Assembly (NCBI GenBank): GCA_964344425.1
Contig: CAYFNP010000001.1
Span: 1-24,593 of the forward strand
Length of the DNA: 24,593 bases
Direction of reading: 5' to 3'
From: an uncultured Bifidobacterium sp.
GTDB lineage: Bacteria; Actinomycetota; Acidimicrobiia; Acidimicrobiales; Ilumatobacteraceae
A model generated the notes under the pieces. The model made no database searches and was not told the DNA's origin. It saw only the letters and a program-made list of their open reading frames with translations. The translations under genes and the position numbers were made by a program. Numbering within the stretch: position 1 is the stretch's first letter; each line of letters begins with the position of its first letter. Positions 24,143 to 24,593 of this stretch are shown piece after piece.

Positions 24143-24442
24143 TCAGCCGGCGGACGCAGCGCGGTTGCGCGCGGCCATCTGGCGGCGCATGGCCCGACGT
24201 TCTTCCTCGGAGGTTCCACCCCACACGCCGGAGTCCTGGTTGGTGTCGATGGCGAACTGCAGACACTCGATCTTCACCGTGCACTGGTTGCAGGTTTCCT
24301 TCGCCTTGCTCAACTGGAGCAATGCCTGGCCGGTGGACCCCACCGGAAAGAACAGTTCGGGGTCGGTGTCACGGCACACGGCCTGGTTGCGCCACGAATA
24401 GTCGGCGGCGCCGAGGGCGAGGCTTGAAGCGAGAATCGTCAC
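24143..24442 (-). CDS. whiB1: WhiB1/WblE Fe-S transcription factor
   Basis: WRNQAVCRDTDPELFFPVG...CNQC...C...DSGVWGGTSEEERR (four Cys, GVWGG); SD AGGAG 5 nt before the GTG. Confidence 0.95.
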   Translation of the reverse strand: MTILASSLALGAADYSWRNQAVCRDTDPELFFPVGSTGQALLQLSKAKETCNQCTVKIECLQFAIDTNQDSGVWGGTSEEERRAMRRQMAARNRAASAG

Positions 24443-24542
24443 TTCATCTCCTGCGGGGGGTCAGGGCGGTGCACCGCCAAACGGTTACGAATGTCTGACG
24501 TGAAGGCGAACGCCGAGAGTGTCCTCCGCCACGGCGTCGCTG

Positions 24543-24571
24543 AAACTACGCCCTCCACCGCCCGATGACAA
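24543..24571 (-). promoter_or_regulatory. Sigma-A/HrdB-type promoter of whiB1
   Basis: Minus strand TTGTCA (24571-24566), 17 nt, TAGTTT (24548-24543). Predicted TSS about 24536-24537, giving a leader of about 95 nt. Confidence 0.7.
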
Positions 24572-24593
24572 GGGCTACGGTGACATTTGTGAC

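Noticed and set aside
24443-24536. ANTAR (PdtaR) dual-hairpin target in the whiB1 leader
   Set aside because: I could not find two tandem short hairpins with A1/G4 hexaloops.
1-24593. Mobile elements, prophage, tRNA/rRNA, defence systems
   Set aside because: No integrase, transposase, terminal inverted repeats, cloverleaf-like sequence or obvious compositional island was seen by eye.

Overview
GC-rich actinobacterial chromosomal segment. The gene repertoire (HelD, long Lhr, class E sortase, DUF3107, Rv3679/Rv3680-type ATPase pair, PdtaS-WhiB1, together with a Ccm System I operon) suggests a non-mycolate lineage such as Acidimicrobiia; this is inference. The window is almost fully coding, and I see no rRNA, tRNA, CRISPR array, transposase or prophage gene. 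Order: a partial secreted protein running off the left edge (missed by the ORF track); helD; lipoprotein plus DtxR-family regulator (minus); lhr; FasR-like TetR plus a 2-TM protein (minus) divergent from a non-catalytic EchA6-like crotonase; sortase (minus) divergent from a complete ccmABCDEFGH(I) cytochrome c maturation operon followed by a sulfite-oxidase-like Mo enzyme; a SufR-like regulator (minus) divergent from mrp-DUF3107-two ArsA/Get3-like ATPases-pdtaS; whiB1 (minus). The most interesting candidates are (i) a SufR-like/Mrp(no CxxC)/Get3-pair/PdtaS/WhiB1 Fe-S and NO-related neighbourhood, (ii) a FasR-like/EchA6-like long-chain acyl-CoA module in an organism with no evident mycolate context, and (iii) System I Ccm head-to-head with an atypical sortase. 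Family assignments come from motif reading and recalled homologue sequences, not database searches.
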